Positions 9,370-17,794 of a stretch of DNA of 64,000 nucleotides are shown piece after piece; the first letter of the stretch is position 1; every line of letters starts with the position of its first letter. Below the pieces are notes generated by a model. It had not been told where the DNA came from and made no database searches. It saw only the letters and a program-made list of their open reading frames with translations. Origin of the DNA: Candidatus Roizmanbacteria bacterium CG02_land_8_20_14_3_00_36_15 (GTDB taxonomy: Bacteria; Patescibacteriota; Microgenomatia; UBA1406; GWC2-37-13); assembly GCA_002780795.1 (NCBI GenBank), contig PEUF01000041.1, positions 3,826 to 67,825 on the forward strand. Direction: 5' to 3'. A program made the position numbers and the translations under genes.

Positions 9370-10842
9370 CTTCTTATAAACTTCAATTCCTTCTTTTTCT
9401 TCAAACACCTTTTTAAAACTCTTGTTGGTAAGCAAATGTTTATAAAACACAACTGGTAAATTATCTTTATCTAAACTACCAATTTCATCTTTGTTAATAA
9501 TAACATAATCAGCCTGTTGATATTTATTAATCCTGCTTAAAATGTTTGCCGTGGGAACTTTAGCTGAGATATAGGCTGGGTCGTAAAGGAAGTTGTAATA
9601 ATAGCGCCGGCTAGTAAAAAATGGGGCCAGCTTTGGTGTGGTGGCCACTTTATACTTATCACCGGCTAAAATATTTTTCCATCGATAGATAATAAAAAGC
9701 TTTTTTTGGTCAAGCTTATCCAAACGGTAGGGCTCTTTCATCAGCTTCAGCGGCAAAGGATTATATCGGCGAATAGAGACATAACTCATATAAATAAAAA
9801 GGGCCAAAATCACAATGCTCCATCGATATTTTTTTATTCGGGCGGCACCGTTGACAGCCGACAAAACAAGAAAGGGAACGATTAAACTGTTGTAATGAAA
9901 ATAGATGCTTCTCATATTAGGATTAGAACTAAGAATATTGATTGCCAGTTCAGGTAAACTGATCAAAAATACAAGCGGTGAGAAAAAGAAAAATGGAAAG
10001 TAAGGATAAATCAGTCGATAAAGATAATTTTTAGTATCAGTACGAGTTAAATAATTTATCACTAAACCGGGCTTTTTAATAATATTGATTATTACTTTAG
10101 TCGGTGTATCACCAAAATCGTCGAAATACTGCAAAGCAAAATGGCTATGTTGCCGGAAATAGGGGATAATAATAAAAAAAGATGTAATAAAAAAAACCAG
10201 CCCAGACAGCCCGATAATTAACCCCAATCTTCTGTTCTTATAAAATAGGACGATATAAATCCCGAACAAAAAAACAATCATGCCAACATGCTCTTTTGTC
10301 AAAAGCGACAAAAGGATGAACAAAATAACCAGTTTATCTTTCTTTTTGAGAAGAAAGTAATAAGCCCAAAGGAAAAAACTGGTGGCCAGGAGTACGCCGT
10401 GAAAATCAAAAAGAGTAGCACGTTGGACCGGGAAGAAAAATAAAAAAGATAGACAAAAAACCAATCCCATCAACTTATTTTTTAACAGTTTTTCTGAGAT
10501 TAGATAGATAGCTAGCCCTCCCAAAGCCAGAATAACTGTCTGCCCAACTAATAGAATGGCTGGATTAGGATAAAACCAATAAAAAGGAGTAAATAAAACT
10601 AGGATCGGGTCAAAATGAATTGCTAGCCGCGACATATTCTGACGGAATTCCTGATTGGTCATCTCTAAAAAATGACCCCGCGAAGTATTGTAAACCACCT
10701 GATTCATGATCCCCAGATCATAGTAGTGAGAGTTTAAACTTAACATCCGGTGAATTGATAGATAAGAAAAGAGAATTATATAACCAACAATCAACAAACC
10801 AAGAATCACTTCAATTCCATAACTTTTAATAATATATTTCAT
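9364..10842 (-). CDS. DUF2079-like polytopic membrane protein
   Basis: N-terminal HYYDLGIMNQVVYNTSRGHFL resembles the DUF2079 signature. Many TM helices. Confidence 0.55.
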   Translation of the reverse strand: MKYIIKSYGIEVILGLLIVGYIILFSYLSIHRMLSLNSHYYDLGIMNQVVYNTSRGHFLEMTNQEFRQNMSRLAIHFDPILVLFTPFYWFYPNPAILLVGQTVILALGGLAIYLISEKLLKNKLMGLVFCLSFLFFFPVQRATLFDFHGVLLATSFFLWAYYFLLKKKDKLVILFILLSLLTKEHVGMIVFLFGIYIVLFYKNRRLGLIIGLSGLVFFITSFFIIIPYFRQHSHFALQYFDDFGDTPTKVIINIIKKPGLVINYLTRTDTKNYLYRLIYPYFPFFFFSPLVFLISLPELAINILSSNPNMRSIYFHYNSLIVPFLVLSAVNGAARIKKYRWSIVILALFIYMSYVSIRRYNPLPLKLMKEPYRLDKLDQKKLFIIYRWKNILAGDKYKVATTPKLAPFFTSRRYYYNFLYDPAYISAKVPTANILSRINKYQQADYVIINKDEIGSLDKDNLPVVFYKHLLTNKSFKKVFEEKEGIEVYKKL

Positions 10843-10875
10843 TATTTTTTACCGTCTAATCTTAACATTGGGAAC

Positions 10876-10914
10876 TGAAAATTCAATGAAAATTGCAAAT
10901 TAAAAATTGGAAAT
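10876..10914. repeat. Heptamer array TGNAAAT between the xer gene and the DUF2079 gene
   Basis: tgaaaat|tcaa|tgaaaat|tgcaaat|taaaaat|tggaaat. Confidence 0.75.
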
Positions 10915-11864
10915 TACTGATTACCTGAATGATACTTCTCATGTATCTCTCTTAATCTTGTATTGGTCACATGAGTATAGATCTGGGTGGTGGAAATATT
11001 TTTATGACCGAGCATTTCCTGAACGGCGCGCAAATCAGCCCCATGATTCAATAGATCTGTGGCAAATGAATGTCTTAAGGCATGGGGACCTAGACGATCA
11101 ACCAATCCGGCTTTTTTTCTATATTTTTCAACTAGACGTTCAATCGATCTTGCTGACAAACGCAATTTCTCATCGGTCAAACCAAGTTTGGACTTTGGAC
11201 CTGAATATCTGATGAAAAGTGGGCGATAGGAATCGTCTCTTTTGCGTAGATATTGGTTTAACCATTCCTTAGCTTTTTTAGACAAAAAAACTACTCTGCG
11301 TTTGCCGCCCTTACCCAAAACACTGAACTCCCCTGTTTTAATATTCGCCTCATCGCGATTCAAAGAAACTAGTTCCGAGACACGCAGGCCGGTAGAGAAA
11401 AGCACCTCTAATATAGCTCTGTCACGAAGCCCCATAATCTCTCGAGTATCGACAATGTTAAACAGTCTATTCAGGTTTTCCGGACTTAAAAATTTTATGT
11501 TACGGTCTCGTTGTTTTCCCAGTTCAATCATCTCAGGCGAGATGACTTTGACGTGCTGTTTTATCAAATAGCGAAGCATGCTTCTGATTGCTACCAGAAA
11601 GTAAGTTTGCGTTTGGCGCGCCAAGACACCCTTAAATGGATTTTTATACTGATGAGAAAGATATAATCGGAAGTTTCTGATCGTCTCTTCATTAATATCT
11701 TCAATGTTTGCATCTTCACTTTGATTTTTGATTTTTGCACTTTGAACTACCCAGTTCTGAAAGAACTGGAGATAGTACCCATACATTTTCACCGTCTTTA
11801 ACGAAAGATTTTTATCCAGTTCGCAGTATTCTAAAAATCTAAGTACCGCTTCCTTGATTGACAT
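10914..11864 (-). CDS. Tyrosine recombinase, XerC/XerD family
   Basis: C-terminal catalytic region HALRHSFATDLL...GHKNISTTQIYTHV. N-terminal SAM-like core-binding domain. Confidence 0.85.
   Translation of the reverse strand: MSIKEAVLRFLEYCELDKNLSLKTVKMYGYYLQFFQNWVVQSAKIKNQSEDANIEDINEETIRNFRLYLSHQYKNPFKGVLARQTQTYFLVAIRSMLRYLIKQHVKVISPEMIELGKQRDRNIKFLSPENLNRLFNIVDTREIMGLRDRAILEVLFSTGLRVSELVSLNRDEANIKTGEFSVLGKGGKRRVVFLSKKAKEWLNQYLRKRDDSYRPLFIRYSGPKSKLGLTDEKLRLSARSIERLVEKYRKKAGLVDRLGPHALRHSFATDLLNHGADLRAVQEMLGHKNISTTQIYTHVTNTRLREIHEKYHSGNQ
11716..11747. repeat. Heptamer array inside the xer ORF
   Basis: cactttg|atttttg|atttttg|cactttg, encoding SAKIKNQSE. Confidence 0.65.
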
Positions 11865-11910
11865 ACTTCAATATTAAACGACGTTATAAATAAAATCAAG
11901 ACGAACGCGG

Positions 11911-13263
11911 CTATAAGTTTTCCCAATTAGCTTTTACCCAAAGATAGGTACCTAAGGCCATAGTAAAGTTAAAAGGCGCCCTATAACCATTAAAAACCCC
12001 TCCTCTTCCTGGTGTACCGTCGGCGAAATAGATTTCATGCAAGCCTTTATGTCTTATTATTAAATCTTCGATCTTTCCTAAAGCTTCTTTTGCTTCCAAT
12101 TCTTTACCGGTTTTTTTTAAAGCTGCCGCAAATAAGATGGATACTTCGGGCCAAAAAATGCCTTTATCTCCGCTGTTATACCACTGGCTAAACCTTAATA
12201 TTCTCAAACCTCTGTCAATCAATCTATCCGGGTATCCTGGATGATTAACGGTTTCTACCAATTGATACTGTCCGAAGCGCATATTTCCATTTGATACTTC
12301 AGCCAATATTTTTTCCGCTCTGGCTTGATCAGCTATGCCGGTAACGATGGCCCAAAAATTAGCTAAGCTATCAAAATAGTCGTATCTTTCACCTTTTTCA
12401 TCAACCCAATCGAGGTAATGACTCCTTGTTTCATCTAGTTGCGGCCAAAATAATTTATTTATATTATTTTTCAGAATATTTGTCATTGCTATCAATTGCT
12501 TCGACCATTCATCATTACCCGCAACAATTACGCCATCTCTCAAATCCAATAATGTTTTGTACCAAAGAACGTTTGTTAATAGTACATTTCCCGATTTGCA
12601 AATAGAGTCTTGACGAGTCGAAAGGGCAGCTTCAGTTATCAAAGATGTACTATCATTGACAAATTCATCTAAATAACTTCTGAAAAAATCTTTTAGATGG
12701 TTTTGATGTGCCTGCCAAAATTCTTTTTTTTCGTCGTTAGATACATTCTGCGACGACAAATAATTACCAGCTAACATTAAAATTAAAAAATTATCAGCCA
12801 TATGTTGAGACTTACCTGCTAAAATATCTGGGTTTAAGAGTATTTTAGCTAGAGGTATTGTTCTGTCTTTTTCTAGATGAGCTGGAATTTTTAATTTAGC
12901 GTGGCTCAACATATACAGAGCGTGAATATAAGACATGCTTCGGTAAGGAATGAGTGGAGACTGATCGAGAAAAAAATTTAAACTGGCCCGAACCGTTTGT
13001 AATTTCTTCTCGTCGGCTGTAGATAAACTACCTAATCCTCCCCAGACAGCGTCTCTTAACCAAACACCCTGGTCAAAATGACCCTCCTTTTTACCACAAG
13101 CAGCATAACCAATAGATCTAGCGCAGCGATCTAATCCCGCAGAAGCAATATAAACAGGATTTTCTTCACTCATAGCTTTAATTAAAGTATACCTGAACGT
13201 GTCGAAGGACGAAGTTGGAAAAACGATTGTTAGTGCTCTGTTTATTCGCAAATCCGAACGCAT
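11911..13263 (-). CDS. (alpha/alpha)6-barrel glycoside hydrolase-like protein (GH100/GH133/debranching-enzyme-like)
   Basis: WLRDAVWGG and a C-terminal GYRAPFNFTMALGTYLWV-type pattern, typical of six-hairpin glycosidases. The true start may be the internal MSEENP. Confidence 0.45.
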   Translation of the reverse strand: MRSDLRINRALTIVFPTSSFDTFRYTLIKAMSEENPVYIASAGLDRCARSIGYAACGKKEGHFDQGVWLRDAVWGGLGSLSTADEKKLQTVRASLNFFLDQSPLIPYRSMSYIHALYMLSHAKLKIPAHLEKDRTIPLAKILLNPDILAGKSQHMADNFLILMLAGNYLSSQNVSNDEKKEFWQAHQNHLKDFFRSYLDEFVNDSTSLITEAALSTRQDSICKSGNVLLTNVLWYKTLLDLRDGVIVAGNDEWSKQLIAMTNILKNNINKLFWPQLDETRSHYLDWVDEKGERYDYFDSLANFWAIVTGIADQARAEKILAEVSNGNMRFGQYQLVETVNHPGYPDRLIDRGLRILRFSQWYNSGDKGIFWPEVSILFAAALKKTGKELEAKEALGKIEDLIIRHKGLHEIYFADGTPGRGGVFNGYRAPFNFTMALGTYLWVKANWENL

Positions 13264-13330
13264 TTTGTTAAGCTCGCCCGCCCGCCACCGGGTTCGCTAT
13301 AGCTCCGGCGTGGCTGACGCCGGGCCTCCG

Positions 13331-13347
13331 AAAAAGTCGGCTCGAAC
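13331..13347. repeat. 17-bp direct repeat AAAAAGTCGGCTCGAAC, copy 1
   Basis: Identical 17-mer at 14305-14321. The two copies bracket the Fic gene. Confidence 0.8.
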
Positions 13348-13414
13348 AGGTAAAATCCGAAAGGATTTTACTTAAAGAGAAAGCGCGAAAATTTTTAAAG
13401 TACAAGATTAATCA

Positions 13415-14194
13415 TTAAAAATTACACCAACTAAGATCAGAATCCACGACCATAAAACGGATAAATTCTTCTTTTAATTTATCTTTTGGTGTACCAATTT
13501 TTTGAGCTAATAATTCTAGACCTTGCTCCGGTAATGCTCCATTCAATTTAAGCTCTTTAGTTACTATCTCAGCGGACAACCCCTTATGTAAGCCGAAATA
13601 GACCACTCCCAAAACTAATCTCTCAAAATCAGAATTAAAATTTATTTGAAATTTATTTTCACCAGTTTGAGTAATACCTTTTCTACCAATACCAAGTATT
13701 TGTTTTATATCATCTTCCGTTAATTCTGACGTGTCACCGCTTTTATCAACTAAAGTTTTTAAAGCTCTTGCAACTCTACCATTACCATCTTTATATTTGT
13801 GCAGTAAAACTTCTAGGAAATAAACACCTTTTGCTAACCTACTTCTGTCTATAGAACCGTCTACTAAGCCACCAGTTAAGGCAACTAGATTTTCATTTTC
13901 CAGTTTTGAACTTTCAGCGGGTTTTCTCCAAAGAACCATTCCTAAAGCATGCATTATTACTGTATCTGGAGTTGAGGAGATATTGTTTTGGGCACTTGCG
14001 CCAACAACAGATCTATTTATATCGTCTGTTGAATCAGTAACAAATCTTTGGAGAAGAGTATTATCCTTACTTTTTACAATTCCTCTTAAATCAATAAGCT
14101 TCTGCCGTAGCACAGAACCAACTTGAGGAAGCGAAAATTCCCGAAAGGCTTGAGAGTCGATATCTTTTGCTGAAGGAGGGTTATTAAAATCCAT
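13415..14194 (-). CDS. Fic/DOC family protein (putative AMPylase)
   Basis: Fic motif HKYKDGNGRVAR (HxFx[D/E]GNGRxxR). An upstream SSKLEN matches the [S/T]xxxE[G/N] inhibitory motif. Confidence 0.8.
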   Translation of the reverse strand: MDFNNPPSAKDIDSQAFREFSLPQVGSVLRQKLIDLRGIVKSKDNTLLQRFVTDSTDDINRSVVGASAQNNISSTPDTVIMHALGMVLWRKPAESSKLENENLVALTGGLVDGSIDRSRLAKGVYFLEVLLHKYKDGNGRVARALKTLVDKSGDTSELTEDDIKQILGIGRKGITQTGENKFQINFNSDFERLVLGVVYFGLHKGLSAEIVTKELKLNGALPEQGLELLAQKIGTPKDKLKEEFIRFMVVDSDLSWCNF

Positions 14195-14267
14195 ATGTTA
14201 TAATTATTCTATCAAATTTTATTAATTTTTTCTAAGTGCTCGCGGTAGCGAGCACAAAATCGCGCGC

Positions 14268-14302
14268 GCAAAAAATAATTGCAAAGATCTGGCGATCTTT
14301 GC
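14268..14302 (-). terminator. Rho-independent terminator-like hairpin downstream of tRNA-Leu
   Basis: Minus strand reads GCAAAGATC-GCCA-GATCTTTGC (9-bp stem) followed by AATTATTTTTTG. Confidence 0.5.
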
Positions 14303-14304
14303 AA

Positions 14305-14321
14305 AAAAAGTCGGCTCGAAC
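14305..14321. repeat. 17-bp direct repeat AAAAAGTCGGCTCGAAC, copy 2
   Basis: Identical to 13331-13347. A partial third copy (CGGCTCGAA) lies at 14340-14348. Confidence 0.8.
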
Positions 14322-14426
14322 TACTTCTTAAATGATAAACGGCTCGAATTTTCCCTGTCCGAAGCCTCTGCGGCGCTGGCCGCGAGGGCGGGCGCGGCCA
14401 GCGCCTACCCCGACGATCTCTTTTTG

Positions 14427-14509
14427 TGCCGGGGAGAGGAGTTGAACCCCCACGTCCTTGCGGACACAAGGTCCTAAACCTTGCGCGTCTGCCATTCCGC
14501 CACCCCGGC
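14427..14509 (-). tRNA. tRNA-Leu (anticodon UAG), class II with long variable arm
   Basis: Minus strand GCCGGGG...CAAGG-TTTAGGA-CCTTG, variable arm TGTCCGCAAGGACGT, T loop TTCAACT, acceptor CCCCGGC-A. Confidence 0.9.
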
Positions 14510-14655
14510 ATGAATTAATTATAACATGTGAATCTAAGATCGTCTTATTAACTAAATAACTATAGGACTGAACTCCAAACATAATTAAATTGTGGACAAC
14601 TTCTAAAAACTAACTCACTATAAGTTAAAGATTGCTTTTGTGATATAATATTTTT

Positions 14656-16005
14656 ATGTCACCACCATCTGAAGCTGCATTACTAGCTGAAGTTGGAGAA
14701 AAAAAACCCCATAAAGAAGTGGAAGAAAATTATTTGGTTATTCGGGCTTTTGCCCCGCCTGATTTTCATCTTCGTGGAAAAGGAATGATTAGATTTTTAA
14801 GGAAATTGACCGAGGCTGGTGAAATGGAAGTATTTGAAAGACCAAGAGCATTAGATCAATCTAATTATCTACATAATATTGATGCTATTCCTCATCCTCT
14901 TTTTGGAAGACTAGAACCGCATGATGAAAACGGTGAGATCGGCTGGAGGAACTCCTGGTGTACGACGTGCGTCTATAATGAAACACGGGATGAAAATGGC
15001 GTTCAGGTGACGATCTTGGCTCATTCCTGCGGAGTCAATTTTCCTCAAGAAAGATTTCTTAGAACGGTCTATTCTAGTTTAACACCCTCTGAAATGTCAT
15101 ACGCATTCCTCTCTTCCAAACCAGGACAGATACATGAGTTTAAACCGTATCAACCAAAGGGAGACGAACAATTTTTGCAGATTATCAACTTATTAAATGA
15201 ACACCCAAGGAGTAATGATGAAAAGGTTAAACTTGGACAGCGACTGGAGAGTCTAGTTTTTGAAAGAAATCGTCTTAGAAAATTAATGAAAGATCAGTTC
15301 AATGAACATCTGCAATACTTAGATGAATTATTAACTACGGATGAGCTAGAAAAACTGCAAAGGATATTTGGCGATTACGAAGGAATTTTAGAGCAAAGAA
15401 CGGCCAAAAGAATCATAGAAACTAAGGGTAAAATTGGATTAAAAGATTTTCCTTATTATGATCGTTATGATGTGTTAACCGATATAGAACTAGCCAAAAC
15501 AATAAGAGGAAGCGGTTTTAACAAAATCTGTATGATTGGAGGAGGATGGCTGCCGATATCGGCAATCATGTATGCCCAAAAAACCAACGCTCACATAACT
15601 ATCATTGAAAAAAGTGCCTACCGAGCTGAAATCACTCAACAAGTGATCCAAGCTTTGGGGTTACAGGAAAGAATAACCATTATCAACAAAAAAGCTGAGC
15701 TTGTAGATTATAGTCATATGGATATTATTGTTTTCGCCGCCATGGCCGACCCAAAAAATCAAATTTTCGGAAAAGCATCTGAAACAGACTATCCGGCAAC
15801 AATTGTGCTAAGAACACCTTTTGGTGATGCCAGGGCTTTGTATAAAGGCTTCCCTGATTTTTTACATGCAATACGGGCGGGTAACGTAGATGGTATTAAT
15901 CATTGGCCGCGCTGGGGATCAGAGGTCCAGGGACAGTTTGCCGACCCAGATGGAATATTCACTCTATACTTCCTTGATAGCAAAAGAGGATTAGAAGAAC
16001 CTTAA
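14656..16005 (+). CDS. Nicotianamine synthase (NAS)-like protein with an uncharacterised ~230-aa N-terminal extension
   Basis: The C-terminal half matches NAS family landmarks: FPYYDRYDVLTDIE, ICMIGGGWLPISAIMYA, DIIVFAAMADPK. Confidence 0.5.
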   Translation: MSPPSEAALLAEVGEKKPHKEVEENYLVIRAFAPPDFHLRGKGMIRFLRKLTEAGEMEVFERPRALDQSNYLHNIDAIPHPLFGRLEPHDENGEIGWRNSWCTTCVYNETRDENGVQVTILAHSCGVNFPQERFLRTVYSSLTPSEMSYAFLSSKPGQIHEFKPYQPKGDEQFLQIINLLNEHPRSNDEKVKLGQRLESLVFERNRLRKLMKDQFNEHLQYLDELLTTDELEKLQRIFGDYEGILEQRTAKRIIETKGKIGLKDFPYYDRYDVLTDIELAKTIRGSGFNKICMIGGGWLPISAIMYAQKTNAHITIIEKSAYRAEITQQVIQALGLQERITIINKKAELVDYSHMDIIVFAAMADPKNQIFGKASETDYPATIVLRTPFGDARALYKGFPDFLHAIRAGNVDGINHWPRWGSEVQGQFADPDGIFTLYFLDSKRGLEEP

Positions 16006-16058
16006 CAGACTATAATATTATTCAATCTAAAATACACCTCAGAGGCTGGTTTTTTATT

Positions 16059-16661
16059 TTATTGAAGCTCTAAACTTGCCCAAAGAATGCGGGAAGCATA
16101 GGTTTTATAGGGTGACCATCTCTGGACGATCGACCCAACTTTGTTCTTTGACGGTTCTTTTTTAAATTTATATATTTTCTTCAGCGCCTTCCTTAAACCC
16201 AGGTCACCGTGAGAAAAAACATTTTCACGTCCCAATGTGAACATTAAAAACATCTCGGCTGTCCAAGGCCCGATCCCTTTAACGCTGGTTAACCTTTTAA
16301 TTATCTCTTCATCCGACAACGAATCAAATATGTTGAAATCCAATACTTTCTTATCGATGGCTTCGGCTAGATTCCTCACATAACGGGCTTTGGCATGAGA
16401 CATACCGGTGGCGCGCAGTTTTTCATGGGAAGTTTTAATCAGGTATTTTGACTTTAAACCTTTTGGGAACAATTTTTCAAACCGAGTGAATATTGCCATG
16501 CCGGCGCGGTCAGAAAGCTGTTGGCAAACGATCTCCCGACACAACCGATAAAAATAATTTTCCTGTTTGTCCTTGATAATCGTTTCCAGCTTGCCTACCT
16601 TCACCGTCCATGAGTAGAGAATAGGGTCGACTTTTTTAAAGTGTGCCAGGATTTTTTTCAT
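16059..16661 (-). CDS. DNA-3-methyladenine glycosylase II-like, HhH-GPD superfamily
   Basis: VCQQLSDRAG, HhH GIGPWTAEMFLMF and a downstream GDLGLRKAL (catalytic Asp region). Confidence 0.75.
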   Translation of the reverse strand: MKKILAHFKKVDPILYSWTVKVGKLETIIKDKQENYFYRLCREIVCQQLSDRAGMAIFTRFEKLFPKGLKSKYLIKTSHEKLRATGMSHAKARYVRNLAEAIDKKVLDFNIFDSLSDEEIIKRLTSVKGIGPWTAEMFLMFTLGRENVFSHGDLGLRKALKKIYKFKKEPSKNKVGSIVQRWSPYKTYASRILWASLELQ

Positions 16662-16927
16662 TTTTTCTTATAAATATACCTTCTCCAAAGATCTTTGAAG
16701 TAGGGGAGAGTCAAGGTTGAAAGAAGAAAACCAATACTGGGGACGACCGCATTTAACCAAGGATCTTTTATATTCATAGCATTCAGATATAAACCAATCG
16801 ACAAATAAGTAAAAACCAGCAAAAGAATTTTACGAACTATACTCGTTTCCCAAGCTTTATCTATTTCGACTCGTTGGTTTCTTTTTTTTATTAAGTCTAT
16901 TTCCTGTGCCAATTCCTCGATTTTCAT
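16658..16927 (-). CDS. Small membrane protein, hypothetical
   Basis: 89 aa with two hydrophobic helices. 4-nt overlap with the downstream glycosylase gene. Confidence 0.4.
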   Translation of the reverse strand: MKIEELAQEIDLIKKRNQRVEIDKAWETSIVRKILLLVFTYLSIGLYLNAMNIKDPWLNAVVPSIGFLLSTLTLPYFKDLWRRYIYKKK

Positions 16928-16985
16928 GAGATTTATTATATAAAAAGATTGGGGGTGAAAGTGAAGCTTCGGGGTCTGGAACTTT

Positions 16986-17299
16986 TTAATCCTTATAGTT
17001 TCTTAGCTCTTTGTCAATTCTCTTTTCAAGCTTATCCATATTTTCTTGGAAGGATTGTTCAATATTAATATTAAATTCACCAGCCAATACTAAAACTGAC
17101 CAAAGACAATCAGAAAGTTCGTGTTTGAGTTTTTCTTTATCGAAATCAGATTTAACCAAATTAAATAAATCATTGACGTCTTTCATAAACCCTCTAATAA
17201 GTTGTTCTGTTGACCATTTACTCCCGTCTTTTTTGATCTCCAGTTTTTATATTTCTCTCTAATTACTAAACTTCGTTTTTGTAAATCAATAATATCCAT
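16986..17299 (-). pseudogene. MazG-like nucleotide pyrophosphohydrolase, frameshifted at an A5 run
   Basis: Two ORF-track fragments join into one ~104-aa MazG-like protein (MDIIDLQKRSLVIREKYK|LEIKKDGSKWSTEQLIRGFMKDVNDL...) if one A is added to TATAAAAACTGG near 17236-17240. Confidence 0.6.
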
Positions 17300-17306
17300 A
17301 AATACA

Positions 17307-17546
17307 TTATATAAAATCATGTTTTTTAATAAAAGCTCTTCCTGAACCAGATTTGAGATACTTTTCAAAGTTATAAGCAGTGTATTTATTGGAGAAAGCA
17401 AAATAGGAGATGAGTTTTACTGGTAATAATGGTTTAGTTACTCGGACATAACCCTTGTTATGTCTTTCAATTCTTTCTTTTAAATTATCAGTAGAACCAA
17501 TATAAGTTTTCTTATTCAAACAGAAAAGAATATAAACATAATACAT
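17307..17546 (-). CDS. GIY-YIG nuclease superfamily protein (small, stand-alone)
   Basis: YYVYIL...TYIGSTDNLKERIERHN matches GIY-YIG motifs. 79 aa with no extra DNA-binding domain. Confidence 0.8.
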   Translation of the reverse strand: MYYVYILFCLNKKTYIGSTDNLKERIERHNKGYVRVTKPLLPVKLISYFAFSNKYTAYNFEKYLKSGSGRAFIKKHDFI

Positions 17547-17635
17547 AGGCGGACTTCGTCTCGCCGAAGCCGAGCCGAATTATTATTATGAATCCCGCCT
17601 TCATCCCGCGAAGCGGGATTTCGGCGAGGCGAAGG
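17547..17635 (-). other. GC-rich structured element between tRNA-Ser and the GIY-YIG start codon
   Basis: Minus strand: outer 15-bp stem CTTCGCCTCGCCGAA / TTCGGCGAGACGAAG (one mismatch) encloses hairpin ATCCCGC-TTC-GCGGGAT and an alternative partner GCGGGATT. Confidence 0.5.
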
Positions 17636-17723
17636 CGGAGGAGGCGAGATTCGAACTCGCGATGACCTTGCGGTCATACAGACTTTCCAGATCTGCGCCA
17701 TAAACCAGCTAGGCGACTCCTCC
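17636..17723 (-). tRNA. tRNA-Ser (anticodon GGA), class II
   Basis: Acceptor GGAGGAG/CTCCTCC, anticodon arm CAGAT-CTGGAAA-GTCTG, long variable arm TATGACCGCAAGGTCATC, T arm GCGAG-TTCGAAT-CTCGC. Confidence 0.9.
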
Positions 17724-17794
17724 TGTTGGTCGGTTTAGCAATAAAATTATATCACGATTATTAACAAACATTTTTATTCTGATAAAATACAACT

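Noticed and set aside
14212-14582. Two Arg/Pro/Gly-rich ORFs (14212-14511 and 14328-14582)
   Set aside because: They overlap tRNA-Leu and the GC-rich structured flank. Their composition reflects the GC-rich RNA or repeat sequence, not coding potential.
17516-17701. 61-aa ORF with an Arg/Ser/Pro-rich sequence
   Set aside because: It lies across tRNA-Ser and the adjacent GC-rich stem element, so it is a spurious frame.
17307-17723. Group I intron or homing endonuclease at tRNA-Ser, because of the GIY-YIG gene and a structured RNA
   Set aside because: The tRNA is intact and uninterrupted. The GIY-YIG protein is only 79 aa, with no DNA-binding extension. The structured element is about 89 nt, far too small for a group I intron core.
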